A stretch of DNA of 64,000 nucleotides from Lingula anatina (taxonomy: Eukaryota > Animalia > Brachiopoda). Numbering within the stretch: the stretch's first letter is position 1; every line of letters starts with the position of its first letter. A program made the position numbers and the translations under genes. A model generated the notes under the pieces. It saw only the letters and a list, made by a program, of their open reading frames with translations. It was not told where the DNA came from and ran no database searches. The stretch lies in contig CM120643.1 of assembly GCA_051362555.1 (NCBI GenBank), positions 4,402,001-4,466,000 on the forward strand. Reading direction: 5' to 3'. Below, piece by piece: positions 1 to 12,260 of this stretch.

Positions 1-4
1 TTAG

Positions 5-5
<1 letters not shown>

Positions 6-40
<35 letters not shown>
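6..40. repeat. (GT)n microsatellite
   Basis: Direct dinucleotide run. Similar (GT)n/(GA)n/(CA)n runs occur at ~7200, 9606-9665, 10425-10461, 28192, 29510, 31594 and 56792. Confidence 0.95.
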
Positions 41-41
<1 letters not shown>

Positions 42-620
42 GGAGTTGGGGACGTAGGTCGTGCGCGGGAATCTTCCTCTCTGGCAATTGTCATTGTTGA
101 CAGGTATGTAATGGTCCGGGAGAATAGAGGAAGTTGAGTTACAACAGGGTTAACGCCACAGTATTTGACCTCAGAAACTTTCTCAACATGATTGTGACGT
201 TGTCCATGAATTTCATCATATTGTGCTAGTGAAGACAGTGATAAATGATAGAGGACGCTGATATGATCATTTTTCTTATAATATCTTCGGAGTCTCATAA
301 TAATTTTTAAAAATACTCGGAACTTTTTGTACTGAATTCACTTATTTCAAAAGTTTCCAAATGTCATGAATTTCATTTATATGAAAAAAGAGAACCATGT
401 AACAGTGGTAACCGTACTTGAGGCCCCTGCAGGCGATGTATGTTTTTTCTCTGGGAATCCACGTCGAGACGTTGTCCAGGATCGAGAAGCTATCTCTATC
501 TAAGAAGCTAATTCCTTGTAAAATTTTACCAATATATAGTAACACGCTTTATATTAATGAACATGGGCCTATTTGATCAATACTTTCATCAAGCTTTATT
601 ATTTTCTTAAAAATTCCAGT

Positions 621-1030
621 CCTGGGGGAATCTGTCCAGTGCGGACGGCTCCTACAATTTCTTTGTAGAATAAAAGAACTCTAACATCTCGTGATTGATA
701 GATATCAATCAAAGCTGTCAAATTTGACAGTTTGAGTAAACATACGTCAATCACATCCATACCGCCAAAGAACTTTTATCTCCTGTGATTGATAGGTGTC
801 AATCAAAGCTGTCAAATTTGACAGCTTGATTGACGGTTAGTTAAGCAAACGTCAATCACAATCATCCTGCAAAGGAGCTTTTACTTCCTGTGATTTAGAG
901 GTGCCAATCAAAGCCATTAAAAGTGGATGGCTTGATTGGCAGTTATATAAACAAACGTCAATCATCATACTGGTGATCAAGTATAGCTGTCGAACAATGA
1001 AAACGCCGTAGAGAGCGGACTGTCCCCAGG
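621..1030. mobile_element. MITE-like element with three internal ~100-bp diverged palindromic repeats
   Basis: Imperfect terminal inverted repeats CCTGGGGGA...TCCCCAGG. Three copies of GTGATTGATAG..TCAATCAAAGCTGTCAAATTTGACAG..ACGTCAATCA at ~691, 785 and 889. Confidence 0.5.
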
Positions 1031-3087
1031 ATTATTTAAATAAGTAAATTAAAATTAGGCGTCATTAATGAGTAAATACAGTGTATAGGCATGTGCAAAA
1101 AAACAGATATCTTTTACAGTTTAGGGTGCCTGTGTTTAAATTAAAAAGTCTCGGTCTTACATTTCTATACAAGCAGGCATTTTTAGTTATGTTAAAAATA
1201 AGTCCAAGCTACGCTTGCGGTTGGAGATTGTCGGCAGGAGGACTGTTCAGTTTAGATGTTTAGAAGATTGGGAGCAAAGGAAAGAATTTGAAATCCAAAA
1301 GAAATTGCAAGTCTGTTCTGCGCCAGTATAGCTCTGTAGTCCCACCTTGCTGAGGGACACATTTTACTTTGTATTGGAGACTCCAAAGGCTATCCTTCAG
1401 TTACACGTACACATCAACTCTATGGCATGGAGTGTGTTGACCCGGATTGAAAGAAAAAGGGAATAGGGCACAGGATAATTACCCACAAGAGGAAAATAGA
1501 TAAAATAATAAATAAATACACGATAATAAATTAAGTTTGCAGTTATACATATGTTAACTCCCAGGTCAAAATAGATAATAATTACAAATATTAAAAGCTT
1601 TATTAAAGATACTGTATTAGCCGTTTTTATACACACATTAGTTTTCTGTGACAATATTCAATGGTTTCGTTTGGTGTGTCATTTCAGCTTTGACTCTGTA
1701 GTTGCTTCCAGTAAAAAAACATACTCAGTTTCTACTCTATATTCGCATATTAGTACAACACAAATTCATGTTCGCGATAAATGTCTTCATGTCTACCTTT
1801 TTTTAATCATCAGCCTGCTATGCAAATAACGAAATTCAGAGAAAGCAGACGCGTTCATTATGAGTATCTCCATTCTTATGATTTCGGTTTAGAGATATTC
1901 TGTAAGTTATCATTCTTGCATAAGAAAGCACTCTTTCAGTCTGACCTTAAAAGTTTCCAAAACAAATAAATAAATAAAAAGAATAAAAGTAATTTCCAGC
2001 GCCCTGATTACATCACACATACCTAACACCGTATTTATTTATTTCTATATGATAATAAGGATAGTAGGCTGAGAAAAATGTTTGCAGGGGCGGGGGGGGG
2101 GGGGTGGATAGGAGCTTATCCCCCCCCCCTTTACCCCGCCCTTACATTTTCAGCCACGTCAGTTCTTAGCGGAGAAGAGGATGATGGGCCCTGTTCATTT
2201 CTTTACCACTTTACATATTTATAAACGAGTACTTGATATATTGCATCGAGGGCCGATACCCCAGTCAGTAGATGGCCAACTTCAAGTGAGTGATTTTTTC
2301 GCTGCCCCCAACCCCTTCTCCTACTCGGCGATTCAATGTTTGCACTGATGTCATATTTGCCTGCAGCTTGACAGACGAGACACTTACTTGGCATGGAACA
2401 CCCCCTGACGTATTTTACTGATAAGGTTGGACCTAGAGGAGTGGTCAGGGACCCATTACAGAGAACGACTTCTCACTGTACTTGTTCATCCCCTAGCTTC
2501 AGGTTAAACATACCATATCTCATAACATTGGTTTATAGTCATGTTATTCAATTGATGTTTTTATTCTTACAAAATCATTTGAATGTGGACAGAAATTTTG
2601 CTATTTTACAGAAAGAGCTTAAATTGTTATTATGGAGACGATGTGGTAAGTTTGCTTGTAAATGAAATGAGCAAGAAGATTATGTAGACTTCATTGCGGC
2701 AGTTGCCCCTCTTCCCAAAGTTTGGCTTCATGAATATTTGAAGACAATGCACAAAATGATGATTTAGACTAAAACGAATGACGGGAAAAAGACAACAATA
2801 AGCAGAAATTTCGGTATCTTTTATTATTACTTTTGGTGTTGGTGTTTTATTGTAGAAAAACAATCATAATTATTTGTTTCTTTTTGTGTTAACTTTTTTT
2901 GCGTAGTATTCTACTAGTTTTTTTTTTTCCGAAAATTCATGATAAAACCATGCTAACATTTTTTACAGGGCTATCACAAAGTACACATAGACAGAAAATC
3001 TTATAAAATAAAAGTCATCAAGGGGTGTTTCGTCAAGGCTTACGTGTAGCCGAAATATCGAAAAGACCTTCTTCTTCCTCTACATGT

Positions 3088-4880
3088 AAAGCTGTTTTGT
3101 TGCTTCGTGGACTATAAACAATGTTTCGATACTATAGATAGAGCCAAGCTATGGCATAAGTTAGCCAAGTTAGGAACCGGTGGCAAATGTCTCTCTGTTA
3201 TTAAGTCCTTGTATAATAATATCAAAACTGGTATTTTGTTAAATGGAAAGATCTCAGATTTTTTCAAAAATAACAATGGAGTTCTTCAGGGAGAGGTTTT
3301 GTCCCCGATTCTGTTTTCCCTTTTTGTCAATGACTGTGAATTAGAATTTCTAAAAAGTGATACCCAGCCAGTTATGATGAATGATTTGTCACTTTTTCTA
3401 CTCATGTATGCGGACGACATGGTTTTATTCGCTGATTCTGATGAGGGGCTACAGAGTATGTTGAACTCCCTATCAACATATACTGATAAATGGTCTTTAA
3501 CTGTAAATGTTAGAAAAACAAAAATACTGGTATTTAGAAAAGGTGGTGCTTTAAAAACTGATGAAGTATGGCTATATAAGGGTCACAAACTGGAAGCAGT
3601 TAATGAATTCTGTTACCTGGGTGTCACAATGAATTACAATGGTAAATATTATAAAACCCAGAAACAACTTGCATTACAATGTCGCAAAGCCATGTTCAGT
3701 TTGTTTAGAAAGTGTAGTGATATGAGCTTGAACCATACTACCGCTTTATCTTTGTTTGACACTTATATATCTAGTATCGCTAATTATGGATGTGAAATAT
3801 GGGGTCACCATCCTGCCCCTGATATTGAAAATGTGCATTTGGACTTTGGGAAATTTATTTTGGGGGTTAAACGTTCAACCCCTGACTCAATGATTTATGC
3901 AGAGTTAGGAAGATTCCCTTTGGTAACCAATAGGAAATTAAAAATGGTTAAATACTGGCTTAAACTGAGAAACACAAATAATTGCATTCTAAAAGAATGC
4001 CTTAAATATTTTGAGTATGAATTCCGGACTAAACCATCCTGTGGCAATTGGCTCTCTAAGATTCATGATGTTTTTACAGAAACTGGTCTCAATGATTTTT
4101 TTCACTATCTAAGTAATTATGATGAAAAATTTATTGTACCTCTAGTATATCAAAAACTAATGGATATTAAACAACAAGCTATATTGTCAGAGATTAACGA
4201 TTCTAGAAAGTGCTGGCTCTATAGACATGTCATCGACCGTGTTACTATTCAAACTTATCTTACAAAATCAATCCCGCTCCAGTTTAAGAAAATGATTAGT
4301 AAAATAAGATTATCATCCCATAAACTTGCAATTGAAACGGGCAGATACAGTAAAATCCCTATTTCACAAAGAAAATGTTCCTACTGCAATGATGTGGAGG
4401 ACGAATTCCACTTTATACTGGGTTGCTCTAGTATTTAGATTTAAGAAAAAGGTTCATCAAACCTTTCTACTGCAATAGACCCTCGGTGTTCAAATTGGTT
4501 CTCCTGCTGAATTCTTCCAGAAAGAAAGTATTATGTAACCTGGCACGATATCTTAGCCAAGCAGGAAGGCTTCGGCAATGAGATCTAATCTAATTTGATC
4601 TAATTTGATCCAATTTGATCTCATTTGATTCAATTTGATCTCATTTGATTCAATTTGATTTAATTTGATTTATTTAAGTAGTTTATTTATTTAAGTACTC
4701 ATGTATTTAATTTATTACAGGTACTATTATTATTGTTATGATGATTATGATTGCGATTATTTCTATTATAATTATTCTTTGTAATAACCCTATAGTTGTT
4801 GTAACTATATAGTCGTTGTAACATTTGTACCAGTACTAGACTGATGGTCCTCAAGAGACCAAGGTAATAAATAAATGAAG
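3088..4880 (+). mobile_element. 5'-truncated non-LTR retrotransposon (RTE-X/CR1-L2-like), RT plus C-terminal CCHC region
   Basis: ORF 3107-4438 has RT motifs FVDYKQCFD, GVLQGEVLSP and YADD, then HKLAIETGRY..RKCSYC..VEDEFHFILGC. After a frameshift near 4430 it continues YLDLRKRFIKPFY...GRLRQ* (stop at 4581). The 3' UTR has a 10-bp AATTTGATCT array (4585-4670), a GGTC..GACC stem-loop and an AATAAATAAA end. Confidence 0.93.
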
Positions 4881-5669
4881 ATTACCTGTATCTAGACAAG
4901 CACATGTACACCTGTATTTGAATAAGTACACATATTCTTTACATCAGCGAGTTTCCTAGACAGAGAAATTTAAGTAGTGGCAGCTGCAGACAGGTTTATA
5001 AAGTATATCTATGTATGGAATATGATATTTGTTAGTTTGATCATAGACAACGCAATAACTTGACTTTGTTCAAAAAAATTAAGTAGGTAAAAAATCCAAA
5101 TGCTGTGAGAAACGACTCAAGACTTTACTTGTTGCTTATATTAAACTTTATTTACAACAAACAGGCCTGTTTTCCGCACTTAAACAGTAGGAGAAGACTA
5201 AAAAACACATTTTGACACAATCCAACAATTTAATTGTCTAATGAAAAATGTAATTTTGACACAAGTCAAGGCGGTTTTAAGTTTGAGCGTAATTTACTTG
5301 TGTATCACGAACATAATTAAAAAGCGCGTAATAGGATGGTTAGCAATTTATACAATTGTAAGATGTCTTAAAGTTTCCCCGTGAACCATCACGACGAGAG
5401 ACCAAGAAGATTTTAAACTTTGAAATCTTTTTACTTCTGAATATTTTGACTTTTATGCCTAGTTTTCGCTTAAAAAAAGAGAAAGAAAATATCCCAATAA
5501 AAGTCACCCTAGTCGAACCAGATAAATAGAAGTGCAGTCAAAATCTTAATGGAAGACTTAGACACGTACGCATATTTTTACATCATGCGATTTTCACCCA
5601 AAAGCTGGGACGAATGCAGTGCATCTCTGAGGCGCGTTTACTATCTATTTTTCACTTGTGGAATGATTG

Positions 5670-5881
5670 GCTCTATTCCCATAGATTTTAGATCGATCTA
5701 TCCCCGCGGGGAATCTCACTAGATTACTTTCAGATAATCCGACTTAAATGTCCGTCCCGCCTACTACAAGCTGTAAGAGGGTAATTAACTTTCGTGTCCG
5801 CCCGGCTGACAGCTATTTAGCGTGAACCCCCAGAGAGTTAGGTCGATCTTAAGTAGGTCGATCTAATCTATGGAAATGGGG
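5670..5881. mobile_element. 212-bp MITE with 6-bp TSD TGATTG
   Basis: Imperfect TIRs CTATTCCCATAGATTTTAGATCGATCTA / TAGGTCGATCTAATCTATGGAAATGG. TGATTG is duplicated at 5664-5669 and 5882-5887. The empty site GGAATGATTGTGTTAG is present in the paralog at ~26700. Confidence 0.85.
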
Positions 5882-6316
5882 TGATTGTGTTAGTGCAGAA
5901 AATTTCTTTCACACCAGATGACAAGTGAAAACTTTAATAAGATTTGTTAAGCATCATTAATTATCATTAAGATCATCATCATTACAAATCTCTGATATGA
6001 GCATCACTTCCGGCCAGTCATATATTACTTCAGGAGACCTTATTTGCATATAAGAGAAAAAATGATTTTTGTCTGATTTTGGCTTGTTTCCAATTTTTTC
6101 ATTACTTTCAAAAAGTAATGTCCCCTTAGGCTCACAAATCGGAACACTTTTGAGTCATATGCACTGATTGTAAATTGTGTAATTAGAATTTTTTTTAATA
6201 TCACAGACGTGTATCACGTTTTCACTCCACAGCCATAAAACTCATTGATAGCTGCATGGGTATAAAAGTAGGTCAATTGCCTGTATAAAATTGCCATACG
6301 ATTATTGAATTTTTAG

Positions 6317-6625
6317 TCTGGACCGTTTTAGGGGGGAGACAGAAGTGGAAAATGTATCAAGATGCCAGCAAAATATTTTGGATGCACGGGGCTACTGAAA
6401 AACAAAGTATGTTGCAAAATTTTACAGAAAAGAGTAAAACTAGTCCATATCTCCAGATTCACCATGTAGAACTTTATAGATGCCAAGGTCCCTCTCTATT
6501 TCATCTGACTCTCCCTAAAATGTTTTAGACCGCGTTAACTGTTCAGCTCCCGGGATGCGCGAAGCATCCAGCGTGGTGGCAGACGCTGATGCTCTGAAGA
6601 CGACTCATTGCATTCACACAAGGGG
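6317..6625 (+). pseudogene. Degenerate exon of an unidentified paralogous gene family (copy 1)
   Basis: TTTTAG acceptor and GGTAAAG donor. Frame WTVLGGRQKWKMYQDASKIFWMHGATEKQSMLQ...ELYRCQGPSLFHLTLPKMF*TALTVQLPG is conserved with 27191-27498 and partly with 58925-59100. Confidence 0.4.
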
Positions 6626-7196
6626 GTAAAGGTTTTCTAATGAAATGCTGTATTTTATTACATATGACGAATTGCGTGATAAAGGAAGGAAAATTGGCTT
6701 TTTTAAAATTTATGTTGACTAAGTGTAATACAAGACACTGATATTTCTTCTCATAATTGACCGAATAAAGAAACGCAGAAGGACATAACCTATCTCCCCT
6801 TACATGGCATATCCTATCTGTGAACATGATCTACTTTAGCATTCACTCCTACAAACGCTGTGTGGTATCAGTAGAAAGGGGGCGTATTTTTTTTTTTTGG
6901 GGGGGGGGAATAATTTTACTACAGCGTTATGTTTTTACTCATATTTTACTCATTTTATATATTATATAATAAAACATTTTTTAAAGAAATTCATAGACCT
7001 GAATTAAGAGCGTTGGCGACGGTTTTGTATCCAAGCCCACAGCTGTTAATTATGCTGGTCTGCACATTCCGTACTTTATTACAATTTTGATCTGATTTGT
7101 TTCTTTGATGATGATTTAGCTAGGACAACAGTTTACCGACGCACAACTTTAAGCATTGGATTTGCCGCCCGCCCCCCCATCCCCTTCGTGCCTGGC

Positions 7197-7245
<49 letters not shown>

Positions 7246-7674
7246 GTGCGGGCGCACTCACGTGCGTTGTATAGAAAAATAATTCTAACATTTTTCCTCT
7301 CTCTTTGTTTTAGTAAGTCTTTCGATGAACACGAAAATCGAGTCAACACCTGTGCTTATCATACTTAATGGGTACAATTGGGACGAGAAAAGTAAAGAGA
7401 TGTAGCTACTCCGAGCACATATTTTTAAGCGTAAGTTGTGTGTGTAAAAGAGAGAAAAAAATATCGTATCGTAACCGCAAATATTTCACAGCGTAGTGGA
7501 TGTAAAAGAGAGAAAAAAAATCGTACCGCAGCAGGGTGTTGTAAAAGATTTTAAATCCTTTAATCATTTTGAAAAATGACAGAAAAGGAATTGTGTTAAA
7601 AAAAGAACCTGTCGCCGCTATTTACAGCACCTTTTTTTATGATAATACATGTAACATGGCTATAGCAATAGTAC

Positions 7675-8070
7675 AAGTAAGATAAGATAAAGTAAGAATT
7701 TATTCAGCCTATAAAAATATTTAAATATAAATATCGGCAATCGTTATCCTTTGAGAGATAAAACTAAGATAAAACACTGGACAATAAAAAAATTATGAAC
7801 TAGGCCTAAAAGTGGAATTAATAAGATTTAAAAGAACTTCTTAAAACCGTTACTGCCCTTAAAAGTCGGAAGTCTACTATTGCTGGATAAAAATTTGAAA
7901 AGAGAACATCCTGGGTGGGTGGGATCCCCATAATTCATTTTGTTGTTTTCTCCATTCTGTCTTTAGTGATACCATCCAGTTGGGGGAGATCTCTTCCAAT
8001 TATTTTACTGGTAATGTTAATAACGTTGGGGTGTTTTCCCCGTTCCTTCACTGTAGCCACCAGATGCATT
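7675..8070 (-). mobile_element. Degraded LINE 3' end (Rex1/L2-like)
   Basis: Minus frame DPTHPGCSLFKFLSS..R resembles the C-terminus of Rex1/L2 ORF2. It ends in AATAAA followed by a (TCTTA)n-like tail. Confidence 0.55.
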
Positions 8071-9332
8071 AAATGTTAAATACTCTCAATATAGAAGTAT
8101 ATATATTGAAGCTCGGATTGCATTTAACAACTATAATGTAGATCTTTCAAGGTTCATCAATATATATATACTCCTATTTTTATCAATATCTATACGGTGG
8201 ATCAACATGAATACTCTCAATATTACACGTATAAAAGTTAATTAAAACGGGCTCATTATCTGTAAAAGTTGCAAGTGATCTAGAAAGCCGTTGTCGTCTA
8301 AAGCAATACTTCACTTTTAATGTGAAGTCCTAGAAGTTTGAACTATATATCTATTGTATATAAACATAAACATAATGGAATATTAATGCAAAACTGAAGT
8401 TGTCAGTAATTGAGCCGTGAAATGTCCATATAATTTAGCGTGATCTGTGAAGCACCTCATTCCCGTGGCTCGTAAATGCGGCTTTTTATTCTTTGTCCTT
8501 CGTGAAACAAAGCCTTATACCCGGCAATTCGTTACCCGCTACTAGGGCCGCAGTTATTATTGTGGACTTTTTTTGCTGACTGAGAGCCAAAATGACTGTC
8601 TATATTTATCTAGAGACATATCTGTGAATATCTGTGGAAAATCTATCTGTTGCCCTGGTAGAGGGTAGAAATTCTCAGGATTTGCAGGATTCAATTCTCA
8701 GATAATTTTCAGGATTTTCAACTGGTATTGTCAGTGTTATATGCATAAAGTTTTGTTTCCTGTGATTTGTAAATTAATGATTTTCTTTCCCATGAACTAT
8801 GATCACCCCTCCCTAATGGTACCCTCAATTAAGAAAAGAAAGAAAAACAAAACTCATTTGATTACAAAAAATTAATATATTATCATAAAATTAAGAGAAT
8901 GACATTTTGCAGTTTTTAACTGGCTTCTTCAGAGGCAATGATAGTTCTGCACTGACGACCCTGAAAAATAAAAGATGAAAATATTACAATGTAATTCAGT
9001 TAAAATGTGTATTCATTTAGGTGTAAATGGATGTTGACAGTAACTCTACAACAACCAGCTCCTGGCTGCTATTATATAATTACTGCTTTCATGTACAGTT
9101 TTACCAGCTGTTTGACATAATTTTCCTCTAAAAAAACTGAAAGCTTACTTAGTTATGATACCATCAAAACAAAGAGACAAACAAAAAGAACTTCTCTGTA
9201 AATGTATAATAAATGTATTCTTTTAAAAATACTGTTGACTTTTCTTCATTTCTTAATGTCTGAAGAGTTAAGAATTTAATTAATAATAATAACAACAACA
9301 ACAACAACAAAAACAATAATAATAATAACCAT

Positions 9333-9415
9333 TTATGTCCTTGGCCTGCGTCTGAAGCAAGACGTGAACAGATTCAATAGCCTCCTCCACCTAGATTGGC
9401 GGCTATTCTTTGGAG
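9333..9415 (-). CDS. Terminal coding exon: PKNSRQSRWRRLLNLFTSCFRRRPRT*
   Basis: TTTCAG acceptor in phase 1, open to TAA at 9335-9333. Confidence 0.7.
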
Positions 9416-9624
9416 CTGAAATGTATAATACAATATTCCTTACTAAGAATATATAAGAATATAATGTTCAATAAATAGTCAATGCAATATCATATTTCGT
9501 GTATGAAGCTCAAATGAACACTTTTACCAGTATTTGGAATAAACAAAATTGCCAAGTATCATTTTAAATTTGCCAAAAGCACAAACTGTGTTGGCACAAC
9601 ATAAGGAGAGAGAGAGAGAGAGAG

Positions 9625-9667
<43 letters not shown>

Positions 9668-9731
9668 ATGCACAATCACATTCCATCAGTGTAATAAATA
9701 GACCCCTATTCTATTGACCCTACTGTCTTAC

Positions 9732-9779
9732 CTCTCTCCTTCACATCCACTGTCACAGGTTTTGTGTCTTTGATATTGA
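9732..9779 (-). CDS. Micro-exon 6 (48 nt): NIKDTKPVTVDVKER
   Basis: Paralog of micro-exon 3. TCTTCAG acceptor, GTAAGA donor. Confidence 0.82.
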
Positions 9780-10011
9780 CTGAAGAAAGACAGGAAAACA
9801 AATGAAACATTTCATACCTGTGCACAACAAGAATTCAATACATTACTTTACAAAGACATCGATTCATTCAAAGATTTAGATCACTGAACAGAGAATTTAA
9901 ACTCAGTGTTTGTGCATGAAAGTCTCCCCCCTAAAGTCCATCTGTGTGTGTTTACATTTTTAAGTGTGTTAAATGAATTCCCATTAAATTGTCCTAAGCT
10001 TATTGCCTTAC

Positions 10012-10065
10012 CTTTTTCTTTGATGCCCTCAGCATCTGACACACTCTTTGTGTCTTTGATATTGG
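10012..10065 (-). CDS. Micro-exon 5 (54 nt): NIKDTKSVSDAEGIKEK
   Basis: Paralog of micro-exon 2. TTCTTTAG acceptor, GTAAGG donor. Confidence 0.82.
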
Positions 10066-10357
10066 CTAAAGAAAAAATGATATCAAATAAAAACTTAACA
10101 TTCCATATCTGTGCATGTTCAAATAGGATTCAGTATTACAATTTATGGAAGACACATTCAAATCTTTAAATGACTTAAAAATAAATCATCTTCTTAAGTA
10201 TGCTAAAGACTTTGCTTGAGCAGCATGCTTGTGGTGTGTATGTGCATACGTATGTGTGTTTGTTAGTGTATGTGTGTGTGCATGCATGTTTCATAAGTAT
10301 AAGTATTCATAAGTATTATTAAAAGTCATAACTATTTTACTGAGATTCCTGTCTTAC

Positions 10358-10421
10358 CTATCTCCTCAAAACTTAGGGTCTTTACAAGTGTTACATTGTT
10401 CTTGTCTTTTAGTTTGGTATC

Positions 10422-10423
<2 letters not shown>
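10358..10423 (-). CDS. Micro-exon 4 (66 nt): DTKLKDKNNVTLVKTLSFEEI
   Basis: Paralog of micro-exon 1. GTAAGA donor; the acceptor CAG directly follows a (CA)n tract. Confidence 0.75.
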
Positions 10424-10463
<40 letters not shown>

Positions 10464-10533
10464 ATGAACATGCACTATTACATGTCATCAATGTAATAAA
10501 TAGATCCCTATTCTATTGACCCTGCTGTCTTAC

Positions 10534-10584
10534 CTCTCTCCTTCACGTCCTCTGTCACAGTAATTGTTGTGTCTTTGACATCAA
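10534..10584 (-). CDS. Micro-exon 3 (51 nt): DVKDTTITVTEDVKER
   Basis: CCTTCAG acceptor, GTAAGA donor, phase 1-1. Confidence 0.82.
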
Positions 10585-10709
10585 CTGAAGGAAAAAAAGA
10601 ACACAAATTCAACATTCCATGCCCATGCACAACAAGGATTCAATACCATAGTCAAAGATGTATTCAAGGATTTAGATCACTGAACAGGGAATAAAAACAC
10701 AATGTTTGT

Positions 10710-10870
10710 AAGGGCTGGATCTCGTGAGATTTTCTGACAGTCTTGCAAATTATGTTTGTTGATCCATCCTCCATTGTGGACTGTCTTCTGACAAAAAAAT
10801 TAAATCCCCATCAATGTAAACTTCTAACCATCTTGCAGAAGACCCAGAAGATGGCCTCAATTTGCCCCTG
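10710..10870 (-). mobile_element. hAT-type MITE (CAGGGGC..GGATC termini) in an intron; inverted relative of 30600-30773
   Basis: Shares internal GGATGGATCAACAAA..TAATTTG.AAGACTGTCAGAAAAT with 30600-30773. TTTGT flanks both ends. It is absent from the paralogous intron at ~9905. Confidence 0.7.
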
Positions 10871-10954
10871 TTTGTGTCTGAGAGCCTGTTTGTGTGTGTA
10901 TAATTTTTTAAGTGTGTTAAATAAACACCTGTTAAATTGACCTTACTGTCTTAC

Positions 10955-11008
10955 CTCTCTTCTCGCTGCCCTCAGCATCTGACACACTCTTTGAGTCTTT
11001 GAAATCCA
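10955..11008 (-). CDS. Micro-exon 2 (54 nt): DFKDSKSVSDAEGSEKR
   Basis: TTCTTTAG acceptor, GTAAGA donor, phase 1-1. Confidence 0.82.
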
Positions 11009-11287
11009 CTAAAGAAAAAATGATATTTTAATAATATTTTAATATTTAAAAATACAAACTTAACATTCCATATCTGTGCATGTTCAAAAAGGATTCTGTA
11101 GGCCCATTACACTTTGATGAAGACACATTCAATGATTTAACTGACTTGAAAATAAATAAATAATCTTCATAAGTATGCTAAAAAATGCTTGCAGTGTGTA
11201 TGTACATGTGTATGTGTGTTTGTTAGTGTATGTGTGTGTGCAAGTCTATAAAAATTCATTATTATTTTACTAAGATTCCAGCCTTAC

Positions 11288-11347
11288 CTAGTTCCTCAAT
11301 GCTTAGGGTCTTAACAATTGCTACATTATTCTCTTCTTTGGTATCAC
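11288..11347 (-). CDS. Micro-exon 1 (60 nt): DTKEENNVAIVKTLSIEEL
   Basis: TTTCAG acceptor, GTAAGG donor, phase 1-1, open frame. Confidence 0.8.
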
Positions 11348-11875
11348 CTGAAAGAACAGAATTGAATTTTAAGGAATACCATTTATGTATGTTGGAGTAT
11401 GTTGGAGACAAAGAGAAGCGTGTTAGTCTGTTAATCTGATTGTATTCAGTGAGAGTTTCCATGGAGTTAGTGCACATTAGCTAGGTCTCCAAATTCATTG
11501 CCAACAGCCCCTGAGGATCCAGACTTGCACCCTGAGAGTCAGGGTGTTGTTGTAATTTTATTTCATGAATCCTTCCTAAAAGATAAAAAATGCATCAAGT
11601 TGATTGAATAGAGCAATGGTGTGGATTTACCACTTGTGTGGACTTCAGGCTTGTACATGTAGTCCCACTCTGGAAGAAGATGAGACATTTATTTATTATT
11701 TACAAGTTATGATATACACTAAAATAAAGTCTTTAATGTATTTGACAATATTAAAGGACAATTTCATCATTTTTCTACAGTTTTTTTTATAGGATAGTGA
11801 GATCAAGTAATCTTTTATTTCCAAATGTTGTACATGACAGATTTAAAAGGTTACGAGAATTATGAGTTCAAGCAC

Positions 11876-12002
11876 CTTTTATTTCCATGTCCAGTTCTCC
11901 CCAAGTACAGGTCACTTCCATGCTGTCCTTAGTGGTCACCTGGAGGCACCTGTTCCTAAAGGGTTCAGGCTCCCATGTCCAGCCAGACCCAGGGTGGTAA
12001 GG
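11876..12002 (-). CDS. CBM20 exon 2: PYHPGSGWTWEPEPFRNRCLQVTTKDSMEVTCTWGELDMEIK
   Basis: TTCAG acceptor and GT donor, phase 0 to 1. Matches the CBM20 C-terminal pattern WE...NR.L......V...WG. Confidence 0.85.
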
Positions 12003-12260
12003 CTGAATAAATTTAAAGAATGAATGAATGAATGAAAAACAACAAATAAATAACTTAAAGATATGTTAATGTCTAAACTGAAAAATAAAATGTTTACTAA
12101 TATATACAATCACTGATAAATCAAATACACTAGAAGAAAGGAATGAAGGTTTTAATAAGTACTTAAATGTATCAGACTTTAAATTTTCTTTTTCAATTTT
12201 AAAGAAAATCATTTTTACCTGAGATCATTATTTTTGTAAAAAAAAAAGTCTCATGCTTAC

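Larger units (their letters stand above)
5380..8820 (+). repeat. Segmental duplication, copy A (paralogous to ~26350-30530)
   Basis: Colinear matching blocks: 5600-7150 with 26640-28150, 7310 with 29830, 8450 with 30301, and 8760 with 30450. Confidence 0.9.

Noticed and set aside
1081-1330. Possible CR1 3' remnant (SPSYACG..FRC..QR)
   Set aside because: Too degraded to support as a feature without a search.
6317-6625. Resemblance of YRC.G..(Y/F)HL.LP plus the His-rich stretch to selenoprotein P
   Set aside because: Motif spacing does not fit, no UxxC or SECIS is seen, and the internal stops are TAG rather than TGA.
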